Position numbers and translations under genes: made by a program. The notes beneath the pieces were generated by a model. It saw only the letters and a list, made by a program, of their open reading frames with translations. It had not been told where the DNA came from and searched no databases. A DNA stretch of 64,000 nt from contig CBDCKN010000003.1 of the NCBI GenBank assembly GCA_965218295.1, positions 96,001-160,000 of the forward strand, read 5' to 3'. Positions 18,951 through 28,392 of this stretch are shown piece after piece. Source of the stretch: Longimicrobiales bacterium. Its GTDB lineage: Bacteria > Gemmatimonadota > Gemmatimonadetes > Longimicrobiales > Gaopeijiaceae. Every line of letters starts with the position of its first letter. The stretch's first letter is position 1.

Positions 18951-21122
18951 CCCAGGAGCGGTTCGGTCGACTGGAACCTGAACGACGATCACCGGCTGTC
19001 GGTGCGGCACAACTACTCGACGTTCACCAACGACAACGAGTGGAACGGCAACTTCGACTTCGCCTACGGGATCTCCCGGGCCGAGAAGCTCGAGGACGAG
19101 TCCCATTCGTTCGTGAGCGAGCTCCAATCCGTGCTCGGAGACAACACCTTCAACGTGCTGCGGGCGCAGTACGCGAAGGAGACTCGGCCCCGTCAGGCCA
19201 GGGACCTGCGGACGGCCCTGCAGGTGAGCCTCTCGAACAGCCAGCGGATCGAATACGGAGGCTCCTTCGCGGCATTCAACAACCGGCTCGAGGAGACCAA
19301 GTTCCAGGTCGTGGACAACTTCACCCACGTCCTGGGCGACCACACGTTCAAGGTGGGGGGCAACTTCCTCTATTCGCAGTACCTCAATCAATTCCAGAGC
19401 CCGGGCTCACAGAGCGAGGGCGCCGGCGAATTCCGTTTCGCCAACCTGGACGACTTCCGCAGCTTCCGGCCGTCGGCGTACTTCCGTCCCTTCCAGGAAG
19501 GAGGCGGGATCGCGCGGGCCAGGTTCGACGTCATGGAGTGGTCGGCCTACGTGCAGGACGAGTGGCAGGTTTCGCCGAGGCTGACGGCCATCCTGGGCCT
19601 CCGGTACGACCTCCAGTCGTTCCGGGACAGCCCGACGCCCGTGGTCGACGTGGAGCGCACCTTCGGGTTCCAGACCGGATTCGCACCCACCGACGACAAC
19701 AACATCTCCCCGCGGGTTTCCATCGCGTATGACGTCGACGGTGATGGCCGACGTGTGATCCGTGCGGGAGCGGGCCTCTTCTACGGAATCGTGCCGGGGG
19801 TCGTGGGGGGGAACGTCCTCCAGACCGAGCGCCCCCTCCTCGAGGTGATCTGTAACGGCTCCATCCTGGATGGCGACCCCGACGCTCCACCGTCCCCGCA
19901 GGGCTTCAGCGGCTGGGGCATAGACGGTTTCGACAATCCCATCACCTGTGCAGATGCCGGTGCCGGCGGGGTTCCTGTGTACACGCTCTGGAGCGAAAGC
20001 TTCGAGCTCCCCGAGCACTTCAAGGCCAACGTGGGATTCGAGACCCTGATCGGGGACCGGACCCAGCTCTCGGTGGACCTCATCTTCAGCCAGAGCAACA
20101 GCCTCTACACGGTTCGCAACCTCAACCTCCGCGAGCCCCAGTTCACGCTGGACGGCGAGGCCGGCCGCCGGATCTTCAGCCCCGCAACCGAGTTCGACCC
20201 GACTCAAGCAAACAGCACAGCCTCTCGCCGAAACCTCGAGTTCGGCGACGTCCTGGTGAACTTCAACGACGGTCGAGCACGGGCCTGGAACCTCACCGCC
20301 AACGCCAGGCAAAAGGTCAACGACAACTTCCAGCTCCAGGGCTCCTATACCTGGACCCGGGCCTGGGACAACTCGCCGTACACCTGCTGCACTGCGAGTG
20401 GGGGTTACTCAGACACCAGTATCGGCATCTTCGGCCCAAACGACGTCGGCGGGATCGGCGACTTCGACAGGGGATGGGGCCGTAGCAGCTTCTCCCGCGA
20501 GCACACCTTTGTCTTTCCCAGCTTCATTAATTTCCCCTGGGGGATCCAGGCCAGTGCGATCCTCCGGAGCCAGAGCGGCCGCCCGTGGTCGCCCGTGGGT
20601 GACGACGACCTGAATGGTGACGGAGTCCGGTTCAACGACCGGCTATTTGTCTTCAGCGCCGCGAATCTCCCGACCGACGACGAGGAGGACCGGGACGTGT
20701 ACCGATCGATCTTGCGGGAGTACAGCTGCATCGGCGACTTCCAAGGCAGGATCCTGGAGCGGAACACGTGCCGCTTCCCCTGGACGCACGAGCTGAACAT
20801 GAGGCTCTCCAAGGGGTTCGAATTCCAGAGCTCCCAGAGGCTCGAGGTGCAGGTGGACCTGTTCAACGTCCTGAACGGGATCGGCCAGCTATTCTGCGAC
20901 GCATCGGCGGCTGACGCCGACTTCACGTCGGGCTTCTGTGGGCTCGGCCGCTGGACGGGCGTCTTCGGAGCCGACACGGACTTGCTCGCGCCTGCCCGGT
21001 TCGATGCGGCGGGCCAGCGGATCGTCTACGGCGTGAACAACACCTTCGGAACCGAGGGCCTGCTGGGGAACAACCTAGTCCTCCAGTTCCAACTCCAGCT
21101 CGGGCTTCGGTACTACTTCTGA
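18951..21122 (+). pseudogene. TonB-dependent receptor (Oar-like) beta-barrel, 5'-truncated
   Basis: Begins abruptly at VDWNLND after an in-frame TGA (18948-50); YVQDEWQVSPRLT, GLRYD, NNISPRVS, ends GLRYYF; no signal peptide or plug. Confidence 0.75.
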
Positions 21123-23533
21123 GGCCGCTCCACTCGACGTCGCTGTGTCGGTCGCGGGTGGCGGGCAGTCCTAGCCCGCCACCCGCTCTGCGCAGAAATA
21201 CCCGCCCGTCGTGCGCCCCCGGGCCCCGCTGGTCCAGGCCCCGTTGGTCCGGTGAAGTGGGTATCGACGCCGGGACTGGATGGAAGCGAAGGGTTCTGGA
21301 TGAGCCCCAGCTCGCCCCAGAGGGTCCCGATCCCGAGCACGTGCCCCATCTCGTGGAGGACCACCGTCATCATCTCGTTGTTCACCTCGAGGAACGGCAG
21401 GTCCGCCACGTCGAACTGCATGGACCCGACGATAGGCAGGGAGCTGCCGAGTCGAATCAGGCACGGACCAGCCTCGGCAAGGACGCCGAACGGACCGTCG
21501 ATGGTGACTATGTCGACGTAGATCCGCAAGTCGTCGACGTCGTCGTCGATGAGGGGCTGGCCCTCGATACATCCGTCCGCCGCGATAGGGCTCGTGGCGA
21601 AGTTGACATCGGGCAGGTCGTTCTGGATGAAGCTCTCCCAGCGGACCTCGGCCGCCGTAAACACCGCATTCTGGGTGGCGGTTCCGCTCTTGATGAACAC
21701 CAGCTCGATGTCGAAGGCACCCGCCGTGCTCTCCGTGGTCGACGCGAGGAGCGACACGCCCGAGTAGTCGGCGAAGCCGTGCACGGCGATGTGATACGTT
21801 CCGGGAGTCGGGCTCGGGATCGCACACGACTCCGCAGTCGTCGAACCGGCGGACGCACAGTCGTAGTCGGCGAGCAGGCTCGGGCGCTCGCCGAAGTGCA
21901 CGTAGAGGTCCGCATTTCCGGTGCCGCCGGACAAGGTCACGTCCAGTGAGGCGACCGGCGCCAGAGTCGGCGCCCGCAAAGGCGCTTGAGCAGCGACAGG
22001 CACTTCCACGGTGAAGAAGGTCATGCTGCCGGCGGCGCCGGCGAGGTTGGGCACCGGGGTCCCTGCCTCGAGCGCTGTGGCCTGGACCGCCGTGATCTGG
22101 AGCTCCGAGCTGTTGTTGGACTCGTCGGACTCCGGGATGTCTCCGCCCGGGTCCGCCACAAGTCGGAAGGTGTGACCACCTTCGGTCAGAGGTCCCAGGT
22201 CGGAGAACGACAGTAGGGCGAGGCCGCCGGGATCGAGGGGCCCGACGGCGGCGTTACCGACGACGGTGCCGTCCAGCTCGAGCTGCACGTTGAAGCCTGC
22301 TCCGGTGGGCCCGTCGCCCAGATTGGCCACGCTAGCCTGGAGATTCACCGTCTGTTCCAAGGTCGGGCTCGTGGGGCTGGCAGTGAGGGCGCTTACGGCC
22401 AGATCGGGAATCCCCAAGGAGGTGGCCGTGAACGTCACCGGATCCAGTCCATCGACCGTGGCGGTGAGCGTGTTGGCCCCCAGTATCAGCCCCACGGTCC
22501 AGACGGTTTGGGCCGAGCCATCCGAGCCGGTCTGGACCGTTGTCGCGTCGACGGAGCCGAAGCCGCCGGTCACCGCGAAGGCGACCGTCCCGTCAGGCAC
22601 TCCGTTTGCGAACTCGTCCACCAAGCGAACGACCACCGGGTTCGCAAGGGCAGTCCCCCTGCTGGCGACCTGTCCGTCACCGGACACCATGAGCAGCTCG
22701 GTCGCCGGCCCCGGGCTCGCCGTGGCCGAGAAGGTCGCGTCACCGCCGGTCACTCCCACGATCGATGCCTTGACCTGCTGAACGCCGGCGCCGGTGCCCA
22801 GGGTCCACGCCGACGACGCTGTCCCCTGGGCGTCGGTGGTGACGGACGTCACGGTCACGGAGCCGCCGCCGGTCGATACGCTGAAGGAGATGTCGATGGA
22901 GGGCACAGGAGATCCACCGGCGTCGCTGCTTTGGGCCACCAGCTCGTCTACCAGTGCCGTCCCGACGACGGCGGTCTGTCCATCCCCCGATACGATCGTG
23001 ACCTGGCTGGCCACCTGTTGGACCGTCACCGACACCGTGGCCGAGATCGACCCTGCCGTCCCCCGCACCGTGGTGGCTCCGTTGCCCGTGCCCGTCACGA
23101 CTCCGGTTGCGCTCACGGTAGCCACCGCCGGGTCGTCGCTGCTGGTCCAGGAGACGCTCGTGTTGAAGGGCTGGCCGTTTTGATCGCGCACCGAGGCCGT
23201 CACGCTCCGGGTCTCGCCGAAGAACGTCAGCCCCAGTGAGCTCGGGGTAACCGACATGGATGTGGCCCTGGGGGGCTCCGCCGGGGCCGTCCCGTCTCCC
23301 CCACCGCAGCTCGTGAGGCTCAGTGAAAGAGCTACGGACCAGGGAACAAGCCTTCGGAGAGCGGAGTTTCGCAAGTCGGGGATCCTTAGAGTGTGGGGGA
23401 TCCTTAGAGTGTGAAGGACAGTGTGAAAGCCCCCGGCGCCAGGGTGGGGCTGGAAACGACTATCAGTTAACGCCGACGCTCGCTTCGAGTCAATTCGCGA
23501 GCCACCCGCTTTCGGTAGCCGCCCCGCCTGCAA
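21113..23533 (-). CDS. Lipoprotein with Ig-like, CARDB, PPC and leishmanolysin-like (M8) metalloprotease domains, apparently 3'-truncated; start uncertain
   Basis: LTSC lipobox, IVSGDGQ repeats, PESDESNN, GNADLYV, LHEMGHVLGIG; sequence becomes non-protein-like after THFTGP. Confidence 0.8.
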   Translation of the reverse strand: MQAGRLPKAGGSRIDSKRASALTDSRFQPHPGAGGFHTVLHTLRIPHTLRIPDLRNSALRRLVPWSVALSLSLTSCGGGDGTAPAEPPRATSMSVTPSSLGLTFFGETRSVTASVRDQNGQPFNTSVSWTSSDDPAVATVSATGVVTGTGNGATTVRGTAGSISATVSVTVQQVASQVTIVSGDGQTAVVGTALVDELVAQSSDAGGSPVPSIDISFSVSTGGGSVTVTSVTTDAQGTASSAWTLGTGAGVQQVKASIVGVTGGDATFSATASPGPATELLMVSGDGQVASRGTALANPVVVRLVDEFANGVPDGTVAFAVTGGFGSVDATTVQTGSDGSAQTVWTVGLILGANTLTATVDGLDPVTFTATSLGIPDLAVSALTASPTSPTLEQTVNLQASVANLGDGPTGAGFNVQLELDGTVVGNAAVGPLDPGGLALLSFSDLGPLTEGGHTFRLVADPGGDIPESDESNNSSELQITAVQATALEAGTPVPNLAGAAGSMTFFTVEVPVAAQAPLRAPTLAPVASLDVTLSGGTGNADLYVHFGERPSLLADYDCASAGSTTAESCAIPSPTPGTYHIAVHGFADYSGVSLLASTTESTAGAFDIELVFIKSGTATQNAVFTAAEVRWESFIQNDLPDVNFATSPIAADGCIEGQPLIDDDVDDLRIYVDIVTIDGPFGVLAEAGPCLIRLGSSLPIVGSMQFDVADLPFLEVNNEMMTVVLHEMGHVLGIGTLWGELGLIQNPSLPSSPGVDTHFTGPTGPGPAGPGGARRAGISAQSGWRARTARHPRPTQRRRVERPQK
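23378..23413 (+). repeat. 18-bp perfect tandem duplication GGGGATCCTTAGAGTGTG x2
   Basis: 23378-23395 = 23396-23413. Confidence 0.9.
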
Positions 23534-23575
23534 GAATGGCTGTCCCGCAGTTACGACTGCGACTAGAATGCCACC

Positions 23576-24295
23576 ATGCCCTATCTGATGCTTCAGAGTG
23601 CCGGCCTCTCGGAGAGCCTCTCCCAGAGCCCGCTCCTGTCGCTGGCGACGCTGTTCGGCGCCGGCGTCCTGACCAGCCTGACACCCTGCATCTATCCGAT
23701 GATCCCGATCACCGCGTCGATACTGGCAGGTACGGCGGAACAGGACGCTCCGAGGTCCAGGGTCGTGGGCCTCACGCTCACCTACGTAATGGGCCTGGCC
23801 CTGCTCTATGCCACGGCGGGTCTCATCGCCGGCCTGACGGGTACCCTGTTCGGGACGATCAGCGCCAGCCCCTGGACCCGCTTCGCCATCGGTAACCTGC
23901 TTCTGGTGTTCGGGTTGGTGATGTTCGACATCATCCCGGTTTCCGCTCCAAAGCGCTGGCTCGAATGGGCCGGTGGCTTGGGAGGCGGGTCCTACCCTGC
24001 GGTGTTTCTCCTGGGAGCCACATCGGGGATCGTGGCGGCACCCTGTGGGGCTCCGGCGTTCGCCGTGGTCCTCACCTGGGTGGCGGCCACGCAGGCGGGG
24101 GCGATGGGCTTTCTCTACCTCTTCGTCTTCTCTCTGGGAATGACGGCTCTGCTGGTGGGCGTGGGCCTGTTCTCCGGCTTCGGAGTGGCCCTCCCATCGT
24201 CCGGTGCCTGGATGGTCTGGATCAAACGGGCCGCTGCGGTGATTATGCTGGTGATGGCCGAGTACTACTTCGTACAGGTAGGCATGGTACTGTGA
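23576..24295 (+). CDS. ccdA: CcdA/DsbD-beta cytochrome c biogenesis protein
   Basis: SLTPCIYPMIP, AAPCGAP. Confidence 0.9.
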   Translation: MPYLMLQSAGLSESLSQSPLLSLATLFGAGVLTSLTPCIYPMIPITASILAGTAEQDAPRSRVVGLTLTYVMGLALLYATAGLIAGLTGTLFGTISASPWTRFAIGNLLLVFGLVMFDIIPVSAPKRWLEWAGGLGGGSYPAVFLLGATSGIVAAPCGAPAFAVVLTWVAATQAGAMGFLYLFVFSLGMTALLVGVGLFSGFGVALPSSGAWMVWIKRAAAVIMLVMAEYYFVQVGMVL

Positions 24296-24855
24296 ACGCG
24301 ATCGATCTCCGCGCCCCGTGGCATCCGTTTACGGATGCCCTTCCCTATTTGGCCCCTACCATGGCACTCGCGATGATCGCGATCCTGCCCGCCGATGCCT
24401 CCGCACAAAAGCGGGGAGAAGTGGGCATCGCCCTGGGCGAGCGACCGGAGCTGGTGGAGATCGAGGACCTGGATGGGAATCCGTTCAAGCTGGCGGACCA
24501 CGTCGGGGAAAAGCCCCTCCTGATCGAGTTCTACGCCCGATGGTGCGAGAACTGCGAGGCGCTCCTGCCGCGGATGATCGACGTGTACGACCGGTACCGG
24601 GACCGGATCGAGTTCCTGGCCATCAGCGTCGCCGTGTCGCAGTCGCCCCGATCGGTCAAGCGAGCACTCGAGGAGCATCCCGTCGACTATGCCACGGTCT
24701 GGGACGAAGGTGGCCGTGCGGTGCGGGCCTTCCTGGCCCCTGCCACGTCCTACATCGTGGTCCTAGACACCGAGGGCGTCGTGACCTATACGGGAGTCGG
24801 ACCGGAACAGGACATCGAGGCGGCGGTCATGACCGCCCTGGAGGGGACCGACTAG
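24292..24855 (+). CDS. TlpA-family thiol-disulfide oxidoreductase
   Basis: EFYARWCENC, thioredoxin fold; GTGA overlap with ccdA (start could be 24361). Confidence 0.85.
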   Translation: MNAIDLRAPWHPFTDALPYLAPTMALAMIAILPADASAQKRGEVGIALGERPELVEIEDLDGNPFKLADHVGEKPLLIEFYARWCENCEALLPRMIDVYDRYRDRIEFLAISVAVSQSPRSVKRALEEHPVDYATVWDEGGRAVRAFLAPATSYIVVLDTEGVVTYTGVGPEQDIEAAVMTALEGTD

Positions 24856-25448
24856 GGATCCTCCATGCCTTCGTCCAGTGCCGGCGCCACACGGGCGACT
24901 TCGGCTCCGAGCTCCTCGTAGGCCGAGGGGTCGATCCCCCGAAACTGGAGGGCGGTCCACGCGACCCTGCCATCCGGACCGATCACGATCACCGACCGGG
25001 ACGCGATGTTCCCGCTGGAGCGGAGCCCGAGACCATAGGCCTGGGCCACTGCATGACCCTTGTCGTGGGCGAGCAGGACGGGAAAGTCGGCGTCGGCAGC
25101 CCAAGAGGCCAGCTCTTCGGGCGAGTCGTCGCTGATGCCGATGACCGTCACTCCTCGGCCGCCCCGGAATACGCTTGCGTACTGATCACGGTACGCTTCC
25201 ATTTGGATCGTTCAGCCACGCGTTCGCGCTCTGAAGAAGAACGCCAGTACCACCGCCTCTCCCCTCAAATCCGACAAGCGGACCGGATCCTGGAGGATTC
25301 CGTAGCGGGTTGCACCGGGCAGGGAGAAATCCGGCGCCGTCTCACCCACGGCAATGAGGGTGGATTCTTGGTCCTGCGCGGCCGTGGGTTGGGCGAAAGC
25401 GAGTCCCAAGGAAATGACGAAGACGAATGCAGTACAGCGTAGTCGCAT
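24852..25448 (-). CDS. Exported AhpC/TSA (BCP/PrxQ-like) redoxin, probable selenoprotein (Sec at codon 79)
   Basis: VGETAPDFSL...LAFFFRARTRG-TGA-TIQM...VIGISDD...RSVIVIGPDG in one frame; TGA (25212-14) at the peroxidatic Cys position; hairpin 15 nt downstream. Confidence 0.85.
25166..25200 (-). promoter_or_regulatory. Putative bacterial SECIS element
   Basis: GGAA-GCGTAC-CGTGATCA-GTACGC-(AAGCGTA)-TTCC immediately 3' of the in-frame UGA. Confidence 0.65.
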
Positions 25449-25512
25449 CGGGAGCCCTCCTTCTCGTCGGTGCCAGGACCCTACGTGAGGCCCCAGTATA
25501 CGCACACACACC

Positions 25513-26268
25513 ATGACGCGCATTACTCTCGTTCTCATACTGGCCACCTCGGGCGTCCTCTCCGTCATCCGACTGAGCGCCCAAGTGCCGTCGGCGCCGG
25601 GCCCTGCGGACGGTGTCGTCGCCTCCAGCTTCGCCGCGGAATCCGGCCAAGGCGCCGGCGCCATGGAGGACGCCATCGTGGAGGAGCACAACCGCGCCCG
25701 CCAGGACCCGAAGGGGTACGCAGCCGACCTCGAGGCCCTGAGGAGGCAGTTCGACGGCAGGCTGCTCCGCTTCCCCGGGGAGCCGAGCATCCTCACGCGG
25801 GAAGGGGTGGCAGCTGTAGACGATGCCATCGACTACCTGAGAGACGCAGATCCGCTTCCGGCCCTCATCTCGTCCGAAGGCATGTCGCAGGCAGCCGAGG
25901 ACCACGTCCGTGACCAGGGCCCGAAGGGCGCCACTGGGCACGACGGGAGCGACGGCTCCAAGCCCTGGGACCGGGTCGGCCGCTATGGCACCTGGGACGT
26001 GGTGGTCGGTGAGAACCTCTCTTACAGACCCGCCCGGGCGCGGCGGGTTGTCATGGGCCTCATCATCGACGACGACGTGCCCGACCGTGGCCACCGCAAG
26101 AACATCTTCAGCGACGAGTTCCGGTTCATCGGTGTCGCCTGCGGCCCCCACCGGACTTTCCGCACCATGTGCACCATCGACTATGCCGCGGACTTCACCG
26201 AGGACTTGGACTCCTCCAGCTTCGGAGATGGCGAGGGGGCCCGCGACGACCCCCCGGCCTTCAGGTGA
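25513..26268 (+). CDS. CAP (SCP-like) domain secreted protein
   Basis: HNRAR, AAEDH, GHDGSDG, GENL, GHRKNI, IGVACG. Confidence 0.9.
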   Translation: MTRITLVLILATSGVLSVIRLSAQVPSAPGPADGVVASSFAAESGQGAGAMEDAIVEEHNRARQDPKGYAADLEALRRQFDGRLLRFPGEPSILTREGVAAVDDAIDYLRDADPLPALISSEGMSQAAEDHVRDQGPKGATGHDGSDGSKPWDRVGRYGTWDVVVGENLSYRPARARRVVMGLIIDDDVPDRGHRKNIFSDEFRFIGVACGPHRTFRTMCTIDYAADFTEDLDSSSFGDGEGARDDPPAFR

Positions 26269-26370
26269 CGGCTCGAGGGGACGACCCTCCGACCCCTTTG
26301 TCAGCGACCCTCCTCCTGGACACGGGTCTGCGAGTAACGCCACGTGCCGGGCACAGTGCTCCCGTCGGCG

Positions 26371-27015
26371 TCAGTTGATGGCGAAGCAGTAGAAGAGGCC
26401 GTCGCCGCCGGTGCCCTGGAGGTTCTCCTGGCTGCAGCCCCTGGAGGCGTGCGCGGAGTTCCAGGACGTGGGGTTCGCGCCGCCACCCTGACGGTCGTGA
26501 TGGCCAACCAGCGCACTACCCTCTCCATGGCTGGTCCAGTTGGAGCAGGTCGTGTCGTCTCCGGCTGAAGCCGCTGTGCCATCCATTTGAGAGCCCGTGA
26601 TGATGTCGTGGCGGTTGGGGCTATCGCCCCGGCCGTTGATCGTCAAACCCATTTCCGAGAGCTGGGTCTCCTTGGTGAGGTTGTTCGAGTCGCTGTGCAG
26701 GTTCGCCACGTTGTCTGCGATCCGGACGCCACGGGAGTTGTACCACGGGCCGTCACCGATACGGTCTCGTGCGTCGACCCCACCCCCTCCGGTGGTGCTC
26801 AGGTAGGCCCGCCACGTGCGTTCTTCATCGCCGCCCACGGCCCGAGCAAGCATCCGGCAGTACCGGTCCGCGCCCTCGAGACCACCCAGGTCGGCTCCGT
26901 TTCCGGGACCCGTGCTCGTAAGGAAGAAGCTCATGGCGGGCTCTTGAACGGACCTCGGGCTCGAGCCCAGCAAGACCAGCGGAACGGCGGCTAGAAGAAA
27001 TCGCATCTTGCTCAT
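26371..27015 (-). CDS. Secreted lectin/endostatin-like fold protein
   Basis: Signal peptide; LGGLEGADRYC, WRAYLS, RDRIGDGPWYN, TCSNWT, LFYCFA. Confidence 0.75.
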   Translation of the reverse strand: MSKMRFLLAAVPLVLLGSSPRSVQEPAMSFFLTSTGPGNGADLGGLEGADRYCRMLARAVGGDEERTWRAYLSTTGGGGVDARDRIGDGPWYNSRGVRIADNVANLHSDSNNLTKETQLSEMGLTINGRGDSPNRHDIITGSQMDGTAASAGDDTTCSNWTSHGEGSALVGHHDRQGGGANPTSWNSAHASRGCSQENLQGTGGDGLFYCFAIN

Positions 27016-27216
27016 GTCGGCTCTCCTCTCGTTTGTGACGTCAGGCGCCCAGTATACGAGCAACCTGGCTGAAAAAGAAATAGTGGGTGCCGGGTGTGGG
27101 GGGAGCTCCCGGACGGAGGACGTGGGGTTCGACGAGCGCGGTGTATCCGTCTCCCGACGGCAACATCATCTGAGTCGGAGAGCGGTGCGGCGTCGACGCG
27201 CATTCGACCTAACGCT

Positions 27217-28212
27217 CTACTCCAGCACCAGAACTCCCGTTCCACTGATGCGCGAGTGCTTCACGTCTTGAAGCGCCCGGTTGGCATCTCCCAGATCGTA
27301 CGTCGTCACGTGGGGACGGACGCCCGCCGACACCGCCTCTTCGAGGAGTCGACGACCATCGTCCCGGGTATTGGCCTCGACCGATCGGATCTGCTTCTCG
27401 TGGAAGAGGTGCGCCTCGTATTCCATCGGTGGCACGTCACTCAGATGGACCCCCGCAATGGACAGCGTGCCTCCTCGCTCGAGTGCGGCCATGACAGGCG
27501 GTACCAGATGCCCCACCGGCGCGAAGAGCACAGCGCTATCCATCTTCACGGGCAAGTCCCGGAGATCGTTTCCGGCCCATCCCGCCCCCATCTCGAGGGC
27601 GTGCCTCACGTGGTTGTCGCTGCGCGTGACCACGAAGACTTCATGGCCCCGACCAAGGGCGAGCTGAAGAACGATGTGGGCGGACGATCCGAAGCCCACG
27701 AGCAGGAGCCTTCCTCCCTCTGGCACCTCCGCCCGCTCGAGGGCCCGGTATCCCACTAGGCCCGCGCAAAGGAGGGGCGCCCCGGACACGTCGTCGAAAC
27801 CCTCTGGAAGGTCGTAGGCGAACGCCTCCGGCACCGTGGCAAAGTCCGCGTATCCGCCGTCGGCATGATATCCCGTGTATCGAGAATCTTCGCAGAGGTT
27901 TTCCCGCCCGCCCCGGCAGAATCGACACGTTCCGTCGGTCTCACGAAGCCAGGCGATTCCGACGCGCATCCCGGGCTCCAATCGGGTGCAGCCCTGCCCT
28001 ACCTGGTCCACGATACCCACCACCTGGTGCCCGGGTATCACCGGCCTTTTCCGCTCCGGAAGATCACCTTCGATGACGTGGAGGTCGGTCCGGCAGACCG
28101 CACAAGCACGGACTCGGACCTCGCCGAGTCCCGGGCTCGGATCGTCCACGTCACGGAGGTGGAGTGGATCACTATCGATGTCGCCGGTTGTCTCCAGGAC
28201 GGCTGCGCGCAT
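27217..28212 (-). CDS. Zinc-dependent alcohol dehydrogenase family protein
   Basis: CRTDLH, PGHQVVG, CRFC...NLC, PLLCAG, GFGSSA. Confidence 0.92.
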   Translation of the reverse strand: MRAAVLETTGDIDSDPLHLRDVDDPSPGLGEVRVRACAVCRTDLHVIEGDLPERKRPVIPGHQVVGIVDQVGQGCTRLEPGMRVGIAWLRETDGTCRFCRGGRENLCEDSRYTGYHADGGYADFATVPEAFAYDLPEGFDDVSGAPLLCAGLVGYRALERAEVPEGGRLLLVGFGSSAHIVLQLALGRGHEVFVVTRSDNHVRHALEMGAGWAGNDLRDLPVKMDSAVLFAPVGHLVPPVMAALERGGTLSIAGVHLSDVPPMEYEAHLFHEKQIRSVEANTRDDGRRLLEEAVSAGVRPHVTTYDLGDANRALQDVKHSRISGTGVLVLE

Positions 28213-28392
28213 GTTCCGACCCCTGTTAGAGGAGGGCGTGAACGGCCCTTCGGGAACATGTATCGACCGCGGTGCGGCTTCAATCCTCCGTCGTACGGTC
28301 GAACCTCCGAGCCTTCGCCGCTCGTATGGACTCTGGCGCAAGCGGGCCTCCTTTTCGAGATTGAGGGCCCCATTCCCTAGGAGACACGACAG

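Noticed and set aside
23378..23413. CRISPR-like repeats here and at 48287-48326
   Set aside because: Only two adjacent units, no spacers, no cas genes
27051..27056. TATACT -10 boxes upstream of 27015 and 25448 (~25496-25501)
   Set aside because: Plausible, but no convincing -35 was identified, so not reported as features
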